From Candidatus Omnitrophota bacterium (GTDB taxonomy: Bacteria > Omnitrophota > Gorgyraeia > Ghiorseimicrobiales > Ghiorseimicrobiaceae), in assembly GCA_030681595.1 (NCBI GenBank), contig JAUXSB010000055.1, positions 64,364 to 128,363 of the forward strand: DNA of 64,000 nucleotides, read 5' to 3'. Both the position numbers and the translations under genes were made by a program. Shown piece after piece: positions 18,078 to 28,343 of the stretch (position 1 is the first letter of the stretch; every line of letters starts with the position of its first letter). The notes below the pieces were generated by a model. It worked only from the letters and a program-made list of their open reading frames with translations, was not told the DNA's origin and did no database searches.

Positions 18078-19514
18078 ATGTACGGTATAATTGATAATTT
18101 TCCTGATATTGCCGCAACTCTCGACGATATTAAAAAACTCTCACCTCCTAAGAAGGAAAATTATGCCTCTATTTCTAATATTCATTTTGGGCATGTAAGT
18201 TCTTCCTTTGGCATAACGCTGCATATGCATCAGCCGACAATCATTAATACGCAAGACGCCTCCCATATGCACGCGGCAGGGCTTATCTCAAATCTGCAAT
18301 ATATGCTCGAACATCAGAATATCGGTGATAACCACAACGCGTCGGTATTCCTTAAATGCTATTCTCGGACATCGGATATTGTCCGTGATTTAGTCGCTCA
18401 GCATAAAAATCCAAGGGTAATGCTTGATTACTCCGGTAATCTATTTTGGGCATTTCAGCAGATGCTAGAAGAGAAGGTTTTAGAAAATCTTAAAGCCATC
18501 GCGGCAAGCGATAAATACCATCGTTATGTGGAGTGGCTGGGAACGATGTGGTCGCACGCAGTGGTAACCTCAACGCCTATCCCGGATATAAAACTGCATA
18601 TCATGGCTTGGCGTAAGCATTTTGCTTCTATTTTTGGAATTGAGGCGGTTAAGCGGGTTAAAGGTTTTTCGCCGCCTGAAATGCATCTACCTATTCATCC
18701 CGATGTTTGTTTTGAGTACGTCAAAGCCCTTAAAGAATGTGGTTATGAGTGGCTTTTGGTTCAAGAGCATACGATAGAAAACATGGATGGCGCATGGATT
18801 AAGCGGCCGCATTTTCCGCATCGTTTGGTGGCAAAAAATTCGAACGGCGATATTGAAGAGATAACGATCTTAATTAAAACCAAAGGCTCTGATACTAAAC
18901 TTGTGGGGCAAATGCAGCCTTATGCCGAGGCAAAATCTGTCGGCCGCGAAGATTATTGCGGTAAAAATCTACCGTCTTATGTTTCACAGATTGGCGACGG
19001 CGAAAACGGCGGGGTAATGATGAATGAATTCCCTGATGCCTATTGCCGCGCGTTTAGCGATATCGCAAATGAAGGCACGGTGTCGATGAACGGATCTGAA
19101 TACCTGGAATTCGTAAATAAAGAGGGTTTAAAAGAGAAAGATTTTATTCCGGTTCAGCCGGTTTCTCAGCACAAAATATGGGAGATAGTTGGTAAAAATT
19201 ATCATCCTGGCACTTGCGATGAGGCAATTAAAAAAATCCACGAAAAAGACCAGCATTTTAACTTAGACCGGGGTTCCTGGACTAACGATAAAAATTGGGT
19301 TAAAGGTTACGAGCACGTGCTTGATCCGATAAATAAACTAAGCGTTACCTTCCATGATAAATACGGCGATGGCTTTAGTGGCGGGAAAAACTACCAAGAA
19401 GCTCTGCTTTATCTATTGTTATCACAAACCAGCTGTTTTCGTTACTGGGGCAGTGGTATCTGGACCGAATACGCCAAAGAAATCTGCCGACGCGGAATGT
19501 CGGCGTTGGCATAA
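18078..19514 (+). CDS. Second GH57-related protein
   Basis: GITLHMHQPT motif of GH57 region 1. 478 aa. Confidence 0.5.
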   Translation: MYGIIDNFPDIAATLDDIKKLSPPKKENYASISNIHFGHVSSSFGITLHMHQPTIINTQDASHMHAAGLISNLQYMLEHQNIGDNHNASVFLKCYSRTSDIVRDLVAQHKNPRVMLDYSGNLFWAFQQMLEEKVLENLKAIAASDKYHRYVEWLGTMWSHAVVTSTPIPDIKLHIMAWRKHFASIFGIEAVKRVKGFSPPEMHLPIHPDVCFEYVKALKECGYEWLLVQEHTIENMDGAWIKRPHFPHRLVAKNSNGDIEEITILIKTKGSDTKLVGQMQPYAEAKSVGREDYCGKNLPSYVSQIGDGENGGVMMNEFPDAYCRAFSDIANEGTVSMNGSEYLEFVNKEGLKEKDFIPVQPVSQHKIWEIVGKNYHPGTCDEAIKKIHEKDQHFNLDRGSWTNDKNWVKGYEHVLDPINKLSVTFHDKYGDGFSGGKNYQEALLYLLLSQTSCFRYWGSGIWTEYAKEICRRGMSALA

Positions 19515-19569
19515 TAAGGAGTGATAATTCAGCCAGGTGTAGATTAGTCGGTTAGTTTGTAAAGGTTTT

Positions 19570-19610
19570 CCCGCTGCAAGAAAAATTTCACAGCGGGGTT
19601 TTTATTTTTA
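19570..19610 (+). terminator. Rho-independent terminator after the GH57 genes
   Basis: cccgctg-caagaaaaatttca-cagcggg followed by tttttatttttaatt. Confidence 0.65.
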
Positions 19611-19670
19611 ATTGGGCGTTCCCGTTTTAAAAAAGAGATCTAACGTAGTAAACCTTTGATAAGGCTAAAA

Positions 19671-20345
19671 ATGGTAAGCGTTATATGCCCCGTATATAAT
19701 GAAGAGAAAATCTTATTTGAAAACTTCGCCGCATTTCAAAAACTTTCTTCTCGGTCAGAACTTATTTTTGTAGATGGGGGAAGTATTGATGAAAGCCGCA
19801 AGATTGCTAATCGGTTCGGCAGGGTTTTAGAAAGCAAAAAAGGGCGCGCTGTCCAGATGAATTCCGGCGCCATAAGCGCCAACAATGAGATATTGTTGTT
19901 CCTGCACGCCGATACAACCGTATCTAAAGACGCCTTAGCAGCCATTGAGGCAGGGATAATAGAAAATGGCTATGCCGGTGGTTGCCTTACACAGCGTATC
20001 GATAAGAAAGGTTTAATATTCAGGCTGATTGAATTACAGGGAAATATCCGCGCCAGGCTTACCAAGGAATTTTACGGCGACCAGGGGATTTTCGTAAAAA
20101 AGAGCGTTTTTTTAAAAATAGGCGGTTTTCCGGAAGTTCCGATTATGGAAGACGTGCTTTTTACGAGGCGATTGCGGGATTTCGGAAAAACTGTTGTTTT
20201 GCCTGATAAAATTTTTGTATCTGCCCGCAGATGGGAAAGCCGCGGCATTATAAAGACGTTTTTGCTTTATAATTGGATAATTTTGCTTTTTCGATTCGGA
20301 TACCCTCTGAATAAGCTAAAGCGTCTATATGACGACTTAAGATAA
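19671..20345 (+). CDS. GT2-family glycosyltransferase, 'rSAM/selenodomain-associated transferase 2'-like
   Basis: MVSVICPVYNEEK start and a DGGSxDxT-like FVDGGSIDES motif typical of GT2. Confidence 0.65.
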   Translation: MVSVICPVYNEEKILFENFAAFQKLSSRSELIFVDGGSIDESRKIANRFGRVLESKKGRAVQMNSGAISANNEILLFLHADTTVSKDALAAIEAGIIENGYAGGCLTQRIDKKGLIFRLIELQGNIRARLTKEFYGDQGIFVKKSVFLKIGGFPEVPIMEDVLFTRRLRDFGKTVVLPDKIFVSARRWESRGIIKTFLLYNWIILLFRFGYPLNKLKRLYDDLR

Positions 20346-20352
20346 TCTAACC

Positions 20353-21024
20353 ATGTGCACTACCGCAGTGCACATGGTTAAAAAAATAGTAAAAGAGGAA
20401 GTGGTCTCGGTGAGGCGCATTCTTATTGTATTTGCTAAGGAACCGCAAAAAGGGAAAGTTAAGACAAGATTATCAAGGCATCTTTCGCAAGAGGGATGCC
20501 TTAAGCTTTATAAGGAACTTTTAGCTGATACCTTAGGACGAGCTAGAAAAATAAAATGTAGCCATAAAGTCTTAGCCTATGATTCCGCTAGTAAGAAGCC
20601 CGTGTATTTAAAGAAAATCGCCGCGGATTTTCAATTTTACAAGCAAGAGGGAGGCGACTTAGGCGAAAGGATGTTTAACGCCTTTAAGGCGTATGCCGCG
20701 CCCGGTGCTTGTGTAGTAATAATCGGCTCTGACTCGCCTAATCTGCCGCTAACGTACATAAATAGGGCTTTTCTGGAACTTAGCAAACGTGATTTGGTAT
20801 TGGGCCCTGCCTATGACGGCGGCTATTATCTTATTGGCTTAAAAGAGCCTTGCAGGAAGATATTTAAAGGCGTAAAATGGAGTTGCGGCTCGGTTTTTAA
20901 GGAAACGCTTAAGAGGGCGAGAGAGTTAAAAAAAAGTACGATTATTTTACCTTTTTGGCATGATATTGATACAGCGCGCGATTTAAGATATCTTAAGCAG
21001 GGGAAATTTTCTCATGCGCTATGA
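20353..21024 (+). CDS. DUF2064-family protein, 'rSAM/selenodomain-associated transferase 1'-like
   Basis: ILIVFAKEPQKGKVKTRL is the characteristic DUF2064 start. GPAYDGGYYLIGL motif present. Confidence 0.6.
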   Translation: MCTTAVHMVKKIVKEEVVSVRRILIVFAKEPQKGKVKTRLSRHLSQEGCLKLYKELLADTLGRARKIKCSHKVLAYDSASKKPVYLKKIAADFQFYKQEGGDLGERMFNAFKAYAAPGACVVIIGSDSPNLPLTYINRAFLELSKRDLVLGPAYDGGYYLIGLKEPCRKIFKGVKWSCGSVFKETLKRARELKKSTIILPFWHDIDTARDLRYLKQGKFSHAL

Positions 21025-22447
21025 TTATGATTTAGTTGTTTTAGGCGGGGGTGCAGCGGGCCTGGTTGCGGCAACAGGTAGTGCCTCTTTGGGTGCTAAA
21101 ACCGCGTTGGTTGAGAAAAATAAATTGGGTGGTGATTGCACGTGGTACGGCTGTATCCCCTCAAAAACCCTCCTAAAATCCGCGCAGGTTTTTTTTCTCT
21201 TAAGGCGCGCCAAAGAGTTCGGGATATATATTGATTCACCGGCTAAGTTTTCTCCGGATTTGGTAATGGCGCGTGTTCGGAGTGTTGTAAAAAAGATAGC
21301 TAGCCATCATCCCGCGGAGCTCTTTGAAAAACGCGGGATAAAGGTGCTTTTTGGCAACCCAAAATTTATTGACAGTAACAGCATCGAGTTAAACGGCACG
21401 CGCATCTCTGCAAAACGCTTTATTATCGCTTGCGGTTCTCACCCGTTGGTTCCTTCCATAGACGGCCTCAATGATATCGATTATTTTACCAATGCGAATA
21501 TATTTGATTTAGAGGTTTTGCCGAATTCTCTTGCGGTTTTAGGAGCAGGCCCTATCGGTATGGAGCTTGCTTTGGCTTTTGCGCGCCTTGGGGTGGAGGT
21601 TTCTATCATAGAAGCCTTTGACCGGCCACTTATAAGAGAGGATAAAGAGATTGCTGATGTTTTGGTAAATAGCTTTAAACAAGAAGGGATAAAAATTTTT
21701 ACCGAAAAGCGCGCGGTAAGGTTTAGTAAAAACGAAGGGTTAGTCGTTGTTACATTAGAGGATAAGGATAAGAAACTGTCAGTTATAAAAGCCGATAAGG
21801 TTTTGCTGGCAGTAGGACGTCTGGCCAATGTAGAAGGGCTTAGCCTTGAAAAAGCAGGGGTTAAGCATTCAAATAAAGGCATAGAGGTGGATGTTACTTT
21901 AAAAACTTCGGCCAAAAACATATACGCCTGCGGTGATATTACCGGGCCTTATCAGTTTAGCCATATGGCAGAGTATCAGGCGATTATTGCTGTTGGTAAC
22001 GCTCTTTTGCCTTTTAAGCGTAAAGCTAACTATAGCGTTGTACCGTGGTGCACGTTTACCGATCCGGAATTAGCGCGCGTGGGTTTGACTGAGGAGGAAG
22101 CTAGAACCAGTTATAGAAATATTAATGTTTATCGCTCAAACTATAACGCAAATGACCGGGCAGTTACGGATTTAGAAGAGGCCGGGTTTGCCAAGGTGAT
22201 TACCGATAAGAGAGGTTATATTCTTGGGGCGCATATAGTGGGCGCAAGCGCAGGCGAACTTATACATGAATACGTATTAGCAAAGTCCGCGGGGTTAAAA
22301 ATCAATAAACTAAGCTCGACGATTCATATATATCCGACACTAGCACAGATTGTTAAACGCTCGGCCGACCAATATTACTTTGATTTGATGAATAAGCCGA
22401 TATTAAAAGCGTTTTTCTGGCTAATGTTGAGGTTTTTGCCCCGTTAG
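21014..22447 (+). CDS. Pyridine nucleotide-disulfide oxidoreductase (mercuric reductase / dihydrolipoamide dehydrogenase-like)
   Basis: FAD motif DLVVLGGGAAG, redox-active GGDCTWYGCIPSK, and a second Rossmann motif AVLGAGPIGMELA. Confidence 0.8.
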   Translation: MRYDYDLVVLGGGAAGLVAATGSASLGAKTALVEKNKLGGDCTWYGCIPSKTLLKSAQVFFLLRRAKEFGIYIDSPAKFSPDLVMARVRSVVKKIASHHPAELFEKRGIKVLFGNPKFIDSNSIELNGTRISAKRFIIACGSHPLVPSIDGLNDIDYFTNANIFDLEVLPNSLAVLGAGPIGMELALAFARLGVEVSIIEAFDRPLIREDKEIADVLVNSFKQEGIKIFTEKRAVRFSKNEGLVVVTLEDKDKKLSVIKADKVLLAVGRLANVEGLSLEKAGVKHSNKGIEVDVTLKTSAKNIYACGDITGPYQFSHMAEYQAIIAVGNALLPFKRKANYSVVPWCTFTDPELARVGLTEEEARTSYRNINVYRSNYNANDRAVTDLEEAGFAKVITDKRGYILGAHIVGASAGELIHEYVLAKSAGLKINKLSSTIHIYPTLAQIVKRSADQYYFDLMNKPILKAFFWLMLRFLPR

Positions 22448-22595
22448 AGATCATAAGAGATGCGTTTATGGGGGTAGTTGTTATGCAGGGAAGTAATAGG
22501 CAATATTTAGTTTTATGTTTTTAGACGGTCACCGTTGGCGACCTACCCGCCAGAACGAAGTCGGGCTGGTCTCTAACGGGGCTTGTGACAGGTTT

Positions 22596-23285
22596 ATGGG
22601 AAAAACCCGTAGCGCACTTATAATAAAATTAGTTATAGGCGGGCTTATTGTGGTGGCTGTTTGGTGGTTAGTCAGATGCCATTGTGTAAGTTTTAAAAGC
22701 CTTACGCCGCTAGCGTTACGTGATTATATTCGCTCTTTCGGGAATTTTGCGGTTTTTGCCTACATCATTGCCTATGTTTTAAATACAATATCAATTATGC
22801 CGCCTATTGCGGCTTTGTCATTGGCCGCCGGACTTGCCTTTGGCAAGGTAATGGGGGCAATATATTTGATGATTGGGGCAATGATTGGAACTAGCGCTAC
22901 ATTTATAACTTCGCGCTATTTCGGCAGGCATTTTATAGAAAACATGTTAAAAGGCAGATTTAAAGGACTTGATGAAAAATTGGGAAAGAAAGGCTTTGAG
23001 GCAGTTTTATTTTTCCGGCTTATACCATTAGTTCCTTATGAAGCATTGAATTACTTTGCCGGATTATCTCGGATTAAGTTTAGGGATTATTTCCTGGCGA
23101 GTTTTTTGGGTTTTATCCCCGGTGTAATTATCGCGGCTTTTTTCGGCGGCAGCCTAGGTGAGATTAAAAATTTTAAAGATTTATTCGCGCCGAAGTTCCT
23201 GATTGCTGCGGCCCTTATGGCGGGCATTATGATGGTTCCGGTATTTTATCAAATAATACGTAAGCATAAAGCGAGGTTAGAGTGA
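22596..23285 (+). CDS. DedA / TVP38-TMEM64-family membrane protein
   Basis: Polytopic. RLIPLVPYEALNYFAGLS is the DedA/SNARE-associated motif. The start is uncertain; the track ORF begins at 22515. Confidence 0.65.
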   Translation: MGKTRSALIIKLVIGGLIVVAVWWLVRCHCVSFKSLTPLALRDYIRSFGNFAVFAYIIAYVLNTISIMPPIAALSLAAGLAFGKVMGAIYLMIGAMIGTSATFITSRYFGRHFIENMLKGRFKGLDEKLGKKGFEAVLFFRLIPLVPYEALNYFAGLSRIKFRDYFLASFLGFIPGVIIAAFFGGSLGEIKNFKDLFAPKFLIAAALMAGIMMVPVFYQIIRKHKARLE

Positions 23286-24253
23286 ACGCCTTTTTAGAAG
23301 TATTAGAAAAACGCCAAATAAAGACGGATATTTTAAGAAGGTTGGCTCTTACGACATTGCAGGTAAATATGGGAGACCTTTGCAATCAGAGCTGCTTACA
23401 TTGCCATATTGAGGCATCCCCGCGGGGAAAAAAGATAATGCCCAAAAGCGTAGTTGAGGCTATCCTTGATTTTTTAAGAAGAAATAAGATTAGGACACTC
23501 GATATTACCGGAGGCGCGCCGGAGTTAAATCCTAATTTTGATTATTTTGTTGCCTCAGCCCGTTCTTTAGTTAGCGAGCTCATTGTTCGTTCAAACCTGA
23601 CGGTATTGCTGGAGGATGGGAAGGAGTATTCGCCGGGATTTCTTAAGTCGAATAAAGTCCATCTCGTCTGTTCTCTGCCTTGCTACACAAAAGAAAATGT
23701 AGATCGTCAGCGCGGGACAGGTGTTTTTGAAAAAAGTATTAAGGTTTTAAAGTTATTAAATGATTTAGGGTATGCAAGAGAGGCCGATTTAGCGCTGGAT
23801 ATTGTCTATAATCCCGGTGGCGCGTTTTTACCGGCAGCGCAAGATGTGCTGGAAAGAGATTATAAGAAAGTTTTAAAGGAAGGTTACGGAATTGAATTTA
23901 ATCGGTTGCTTACGATTACTAACGTAGCGATTAAGAAATTTAAGGATTACCTGGAATCAAACAACGAATACGAGAACTATTCTAATATTCTGGAGAATGG
24001 CTTTAATCCGAAAACCATCGAAACATTGATGTGCCGCACGTTTTTAAGCGTGGGCCATGACGGCAGGTTGTATGATTGTGATTTTAACCTTGCTATGGGG
24101 TATGCCTTGAGGGATAAAGAAGATAACGATTTTAATATTGACGGGTTTTCCGTGATAGATTTGGAAAATAGAGAAATTACGACCGGAGAACATTGCTTGG
24201 CATGTACCGCGGGCAGCGGCTCAAGCTGTCAAGGCGCGTTATGCCGCCAATAG
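23282..24253 (+). CDS. Radical SAM / Cys-rich domain protein, ArsS-like
   Basis: CNQSCLHCH radical-SAM cluster motif near the N-terminus. C-terminal Cys-rich tail EHCLACTAGSGSSCQGALC, Cys type rather than Sec. ATGA overlap with the dedA stop. Confidence 0.75.
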   Translation: MNAFLEVLEKRQIKTDILRRLALTTLQVNMGDLCNQSCLHCHIEASPRGKKIMPKSVVEAILDFLRRNKIRTLDITGGAPELNPNFDYFVASARSLVSELIVRSNLTVLLEDGKEYSPGFLKSNKVHLVCSLPCYTKENVDRQRGTGVFEKSIKVLKLLNDLGYAREADLALDIVYNPGGAFLPAAQDVLERDYKKVLKEGYGIEFNRLLTITNVAIKKFKDYLESNNEYENYSNILENGFNPKTIETLMCRTFLSVGHDGRLYDCDFNLAMGYALRDKEDNDFNIDGFSVIDLENREITTGEHCLACTAGSGSSCQGALCRQ

Positions 24254-24440
24254 CGGTTCTTGTTGTTAAAAGGAGCTACGATGCAAAAAATTTTTGTATC
24301 AACCCTATAAACATTACTGATAATTCTGCCGCTCTACGCTTTATCCCGAAAGAAGATTTAGAAAAAGAAGGGTATGGGGCATACAAGGGAATTTTTGAAA
24401 AGTAGCGAAAATGAAACACCGGGGGCAATAGGAGTGTGAT

Positions 24441-26366
24441 ATGAATAATAAGAGTAAAAAAAAAGACACTGCTGCAAGAGGCGGGCTAAAAACTTCTTCA
24501 TTGATAGAGGATGCGTTAAGTAACAGCGAGCGTAGGTTCAGGGAATTATTTAATAATATGGATACGTGTGTAGCTATCTACGAGGCAAAAAATGACGGTA
24601 GTGACTTTATTTTTAAAGATTTTAATAAGGCCGCCGAGAGAGTAGAAAAAATTAAAAAAGAAACGCTTATTGGTAAAAGTGTTCTTGAGATATTCCCGGG
24701 AGTAAAAGAATTCGGACTTTTTGAGGTTTTTCAGCGAGTCTGGAAAACTGGTAAACCGCAAGAACACCCGGTTGCCTTATATAAAGATAAAAGAATCACA
24801 GGCTGGAAGGAAAATTATGTTTATAAATTACCCAGCGGTGAGATTGTGGCGATTTACAGTGATGCTACTGCGCGTAAACAAATAGAGGAGTCGTTGAAAC
24901 AATCGTACTCATTGCTGAGCGCTACTTTGGAGTCTACGGCCGATGGTATCTTGGTGGTTGATGTCCATGGCAGGGTAAGTAGTTTCAACCAGAAGTTTCT
25001 GGAGTTGTGGCGGATTCCCAAAACCATCGTGGACAGGCTGGACGATCAGCAGTTGCTTAAGTTTGTCCTGGATCAACTGGAAGATCCGGCCGCGTTTCTT
25101 GCCAGAGTCCAGGAGCTTTATCTGTTCCCGCAGGACAGCTCTTGGGAGGAGTTGAAATTCCGCGACGGGCGCGTGTTCGAACGTTATTCTCAGCCTCAGC
25201 GTTTAGGCGATGCTGTCGTGGGCCGCGTATGGAGTTTTCGCGATATCACCGAACGCAAAAAGGCAGAGGATGCGCTGCAAAGGTTAGAACAGGAAAAAAA
25301 CATGGTTTTGGATACAGTAAGCGAGCTAATTGTTTATCAGGATACACAAAATACAATTTTATGGGCAAACAAGGCAGCTGCAGAATCGGTAGGATTGACT
25401 GCAGATCAAATTATCGGCAAAAAATGCTATGAAGTATGGCATAACCGCAGCGTTCCCTGTTTACTCTGCGCAGTCAGAGATTGTATTCGTACCGGCCTTG
25501 CCGAATCCAGCGAGAATCAGACTTCCGACGGAAGATATTGGAAGGTAAATGCCCAGCCGCTGAAAGATAATAAAGGTGTTGTAACCGGAGTAATTGAAAC
25601 AACAATAGATATTACTCGTCAAAAAAAGATAGAAGATGAATTAAGGCGGGATAAGAAAAACATTGAGAAGCAGCTTGAAGATTCGCGCCGCCTGGCTGAC
25701 ATCGGTACGCTTGCCGCTACCGTTGCCCATGAATTAAGGAATCCTTTGGGTGTTATAAATACTGCTATTTATAATCTTAGAATGAAGATTGGCGATAATG
25801 AAAACCTTATAAAGCATATAAAAAATATTGAGAAAAAAATAGCTGAAAGCGACCAAATTATTGAAAATCTTTTAAGTTATTCCCGTATTAAGACGCCTAA
25901 TTATACAAAAATGAATGTATCTAGCGTTTTGGATGATTGCCTTGCATTTTGCCGTAATAAATATACGGGATATGATGTGGAGGTAAAAATAATCTACGGT
26001 AATTGCCCAAAAGACCTATTAATTGACGCTGATCCCGTGCATATAACAGCCCTTTTTTCCAATATTCTGGATAATGCTTACCAGGCGTTTGGCGATAAAA
26101 AAGGCCGTATAGATATTTCTGTCGATTGCGATAAGAAAAAGGATATGTTTAATATCGTTTTTACGGATAATGGCTGCGGCATGGATGACTATGAATTAGA
26201 CAAGGCGTTTGAACCATTTTTTACCACGCGGTCAAGAGGCATGGGCTTGGGCCTTAGCGTATGCCAGCAGGTAGTAAATTTACATTCGGGAAGCATAAAT
26301 ACTAAAAGTAAAAAAGACGAAGGCACATCTATGTATGTATCATTGCCGCTTATAGCGCAGCCATGA
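24441..26366 (+). CDS. Multi-PAS sensor histidine kinase
   Basis: Several PAS-like segments, an H-box AHELRNPL, and N/G boxes (DNAYQAF, DNGCGMD, GMGLGLS). Confidence 0.8.
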   Translation: MNNKSKKKDTAARGGLKTSSLIEDALSNSERRFRELFNNMDTCVAIYEAKNDGSDFIFKDFNKAAERVEKIKKETLIGKSVLEIFPGVKEFGLFEVFQRVWKTGKPQEHPVALYKDKRITGWKENYVYKLPSGEIVAIYSDATARKQIEESLKQSYSLLSATLESTADGILVVDVHGRVSSFNQKFLELWRIPKTIVDRLDDQQLLKFVLDQLEDPAAFLARVQELYLFPQDSSWEELKFRDGRVFERYSQPQRLGDAVVGRVWSFRDITERKKAEDALQRLEQEKNMVLDTVSELIVYQDTQNTILWANKAAAESVGLTADQIIGKKCYEVWHNRSVPCLLCAVRDCIRTGLAESSENQTSDGRYWKVNAQPLKDNKGVVTGVIETTIDITRQKKIEDELRRDKKNIEKQLEDSRRLADIGTLAATVAHELRNPLGVINTAIYNLRMKIGDNENLIKHIKNIEKKIAESDQIIENLLSYSRIKTPNYTKMNVSSVLDDCLAFCRNKYTGYDVEVKIIYGNCPKDLLIDADPVHITALFSNILDNAYQAFGDKKGRIDISVDCDKKKDMFNIVFTDNGCGMDDYELDKAFEPFFTTRSRGMGLGLSVCQQVVNLHSGSINTKSKKDEGTSMYVSLPLIAQP

Positions 26367-26755
26367 ACAAGATAAAAATACTAATAGTTGAAGATGACGA
26401 AGAAATGTGCGAAGAATTGCGCGAGATCCTTGAGAGCGAGGGATATCTTGTAGATGTTGCCTATAATGCGATAGGCGGGCTGCGCGATATCAATATAGAC
26501 GGCTATAATATTGTGCTTTTGGATCTAAAATTACCCGGGGTAAGCGGAATAGAGGTATTAAAATATATACATGAACATGTCATCGCTTTAAAAGTCATAG
26601 TCCTAACGGGCAGTCCGATGGCAAAGGCAGAGGGAGGCGATTTTAAACACAATTACCCTGAACTTGCCTATGCCAGTGCTATAATGAATAAACCCTTTAG
26701 CATACCGGAAGTCTTGGATAAAATAAAACAACTATCTGATCCGGAAAGATCTTAA
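26363..26755 (+). CDS. Single-domain response regulator (receiver)
   Basis: ILIVEDDEE...DIVLLDLKLPGVSG receiver signature. ATGA overlap with the kinase. Confidence 0.8.
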   Translation: MNKIKILIVEDDEEMCEELREILESEGYLVDVAYNAIGGLRDINIDGYNIVLLDLKLPGVSGIEVLKYIHEHVIALKVIVLTGSPMAKAEGGDFKHNYPELAYASAIMNKPFSIPEVLDKIKQLSDPERS

Positions 26756-26758
26756 TAT

Positions 26759-27151
26759 ATGAATACCCTGTCTAAAAAAATTTATTATCACGATACCGAT
26801 TGCGGAGGAGTGGTCTATTATGCCAATTATCTCAAATATCTTGAAGAAGCGCGTACGGAATTTTTAAGAGATAAGGGCGTAGATATAAAATTATTATCCG
26901 AAAAAGGCGGCCTGTTTGCTGTAAAATGCGTCAACATTGATTATAAGACGCCTGCCCGTTATGCGGATACGCTTGAGATAACCAGCCAGATTACCAAAAT
27001 AAAAAATGCCTCGTTGGAATTTATTCAGGAAGTAAAACGTAATGGCCAAGTTTTAGTAACTGCTGCTACAGTGTTGGTTTATATAGATACTAATTTCCAG
27101 CCCAAGGCTATGCCCGAAGACATTGTAAAAAAGCTAGGTCAATCCGGATAA
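26759..27151 (+). CDS. YbgC/4HBT-family acyl-CoA thioesterase
   Basis: KIYYHDTDCGGVVYYANYLKYLEEARTEFL hotdog-fold thioesterase signature. Confidence 0.7.
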   Translation: MNTLSKKIYYHDTDCGGVVYYANYLKYLEEARTEFLRDKGVDIKLLSEKGGLFAVKCVNIDYKTPARYADTLEITSQITKIKNASLEFIQEVKRNGQVLVTAATVLVYIDTNFQPKAMPEDIVKKLGQSG

Positions 27152-27205
27152 ATCCCGCCCCAGGGGCAGGACTAGAGTTTAGTAAACATATAAGCGCGTA
27201 ATAAT

Positions 27206-28183
27206 ATGTATAACCAAAAGCTTCCCAAGGGGTTTGTAACGCCAGAAAAGGTGGTTTGTCAGGCAGAGGCCCTTTCTAGTACTCTTCGTAAACATTTTCG
27301 GCATTTCTCCAGAAAATTTAAACGCGAGGGAATTGATTGCTTTCGGCTTTACGATTGGGACGCCCCGGATATCCGCATGGTTGTAGATTGGTACGCTGGG
27401 CGTATTGTTGTTGCGGAATATGAGCGCCTGCAGACAGGGCCGGAATATCTGTCACAAATGGCGAGTGTTGCGGCAGGCGCTTTAAATGTTTCCCCGGATA
27501 AAGTCTATATCAGGCGCCGGCATACAAATACTGCCCGAGGCCCGCGCTATACAAAAATTGATTCTTCCGGTAAGCGCTTTGAGGTGCGTGAACTAACCTT
27601 GCGTTTTTGGGTCAATTTAAGCGATTATCTTGATACCGGGTTGTATTCCGACCATCGCAATACGCGTGTAATTATCGGAAAGCTATCCCAAGGAAAAGAT
27701 TTTTTAAACCTCTTTGCTTACACCGGCACGTTTACTTGTGCAGCGGCGGCTGGGGGTGCTAAATCAACAGTGACGGTTGACCGCTCGCGAACCTACCTTG
27801 ATTGGGCGAAAGATAATCTAGTGTTAAACGGGCTTTGGGGAAAACAGCATACATTAGTGCAGTCCGATGCGATAACCTATTTACATAACGCATATAGTAG
27901 GGGTGAGCGTTTTACGTTGGCGTTTGTTGACCCGCCGTCTTTTTTTAAAGATGATTCCGCGCGCGTATCGTTTGATATCAACCTCGACCATCCTGAATTG
28001 ATCCGTAATGTTTTAAAGCTGATGCAGCCGGGGTCTGATTTATTTTTCTCAACAAATCACCAGCGCTTCACGCCGCGTTTTGATGATATTCCGGCAAAGC
28101 AAATTATTAAACTCACCCCCAAAACAATCCCTGAAGATTATCGCAACCGCAATACACATAATTGCTGGCATATAAAAGTTTAA
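27206..28183 (+). CDS. Class I SAM-dependent methyltransferase, rRNA large-subunit (RlmI/RlmK) type
   Basis: FLNLFAYTGTFT and AFVDPPSF motifs. 325 aa. Confidence 0.6.
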   Translation: MYNQKLPKGFVTPEKVVCQAEALSSTLRKHFRHFSRKFKREGIDCFRLYDWDAPDIRMVVDWYAGRIVVAEYERLQTGPEYLSQMASVAAGALNVSPDKVYIRRRHTNTARGPRYTKIDSSGKRFEVRELTLRFWVNLSDYLDTGLYSDHRNTRVIIGKLSQGKDFLNLFAYTGTFTCAAAAGGAKSTVTVDRSRTYLDWAKDNLVLNGLWGKQHTLVQSDAITYLHNAYSRGERFTLAFVDPPSFFKDDSARVSFDINLDHPELIRNVLKLMQPGSDLFFSTNHQRFTPRFDDIPAKQIIKLTPKTIPEDYRNRNTHNCWHIKV

Positions 28184-28343
28184 ATCTTAAATTGCGTGGC
28201 TTTGGCTATATTGAAAGCCAAACCATTGCCCTCTGGCTTGGATAAGGCTTGGAATTTATTGGGATAGTATTATAATATATAAAGATAGCGAAATAGTTAA
28301 GCAGTTCTGATACGAATTTTCGAGTGTGAGGGAGAAATGACAA

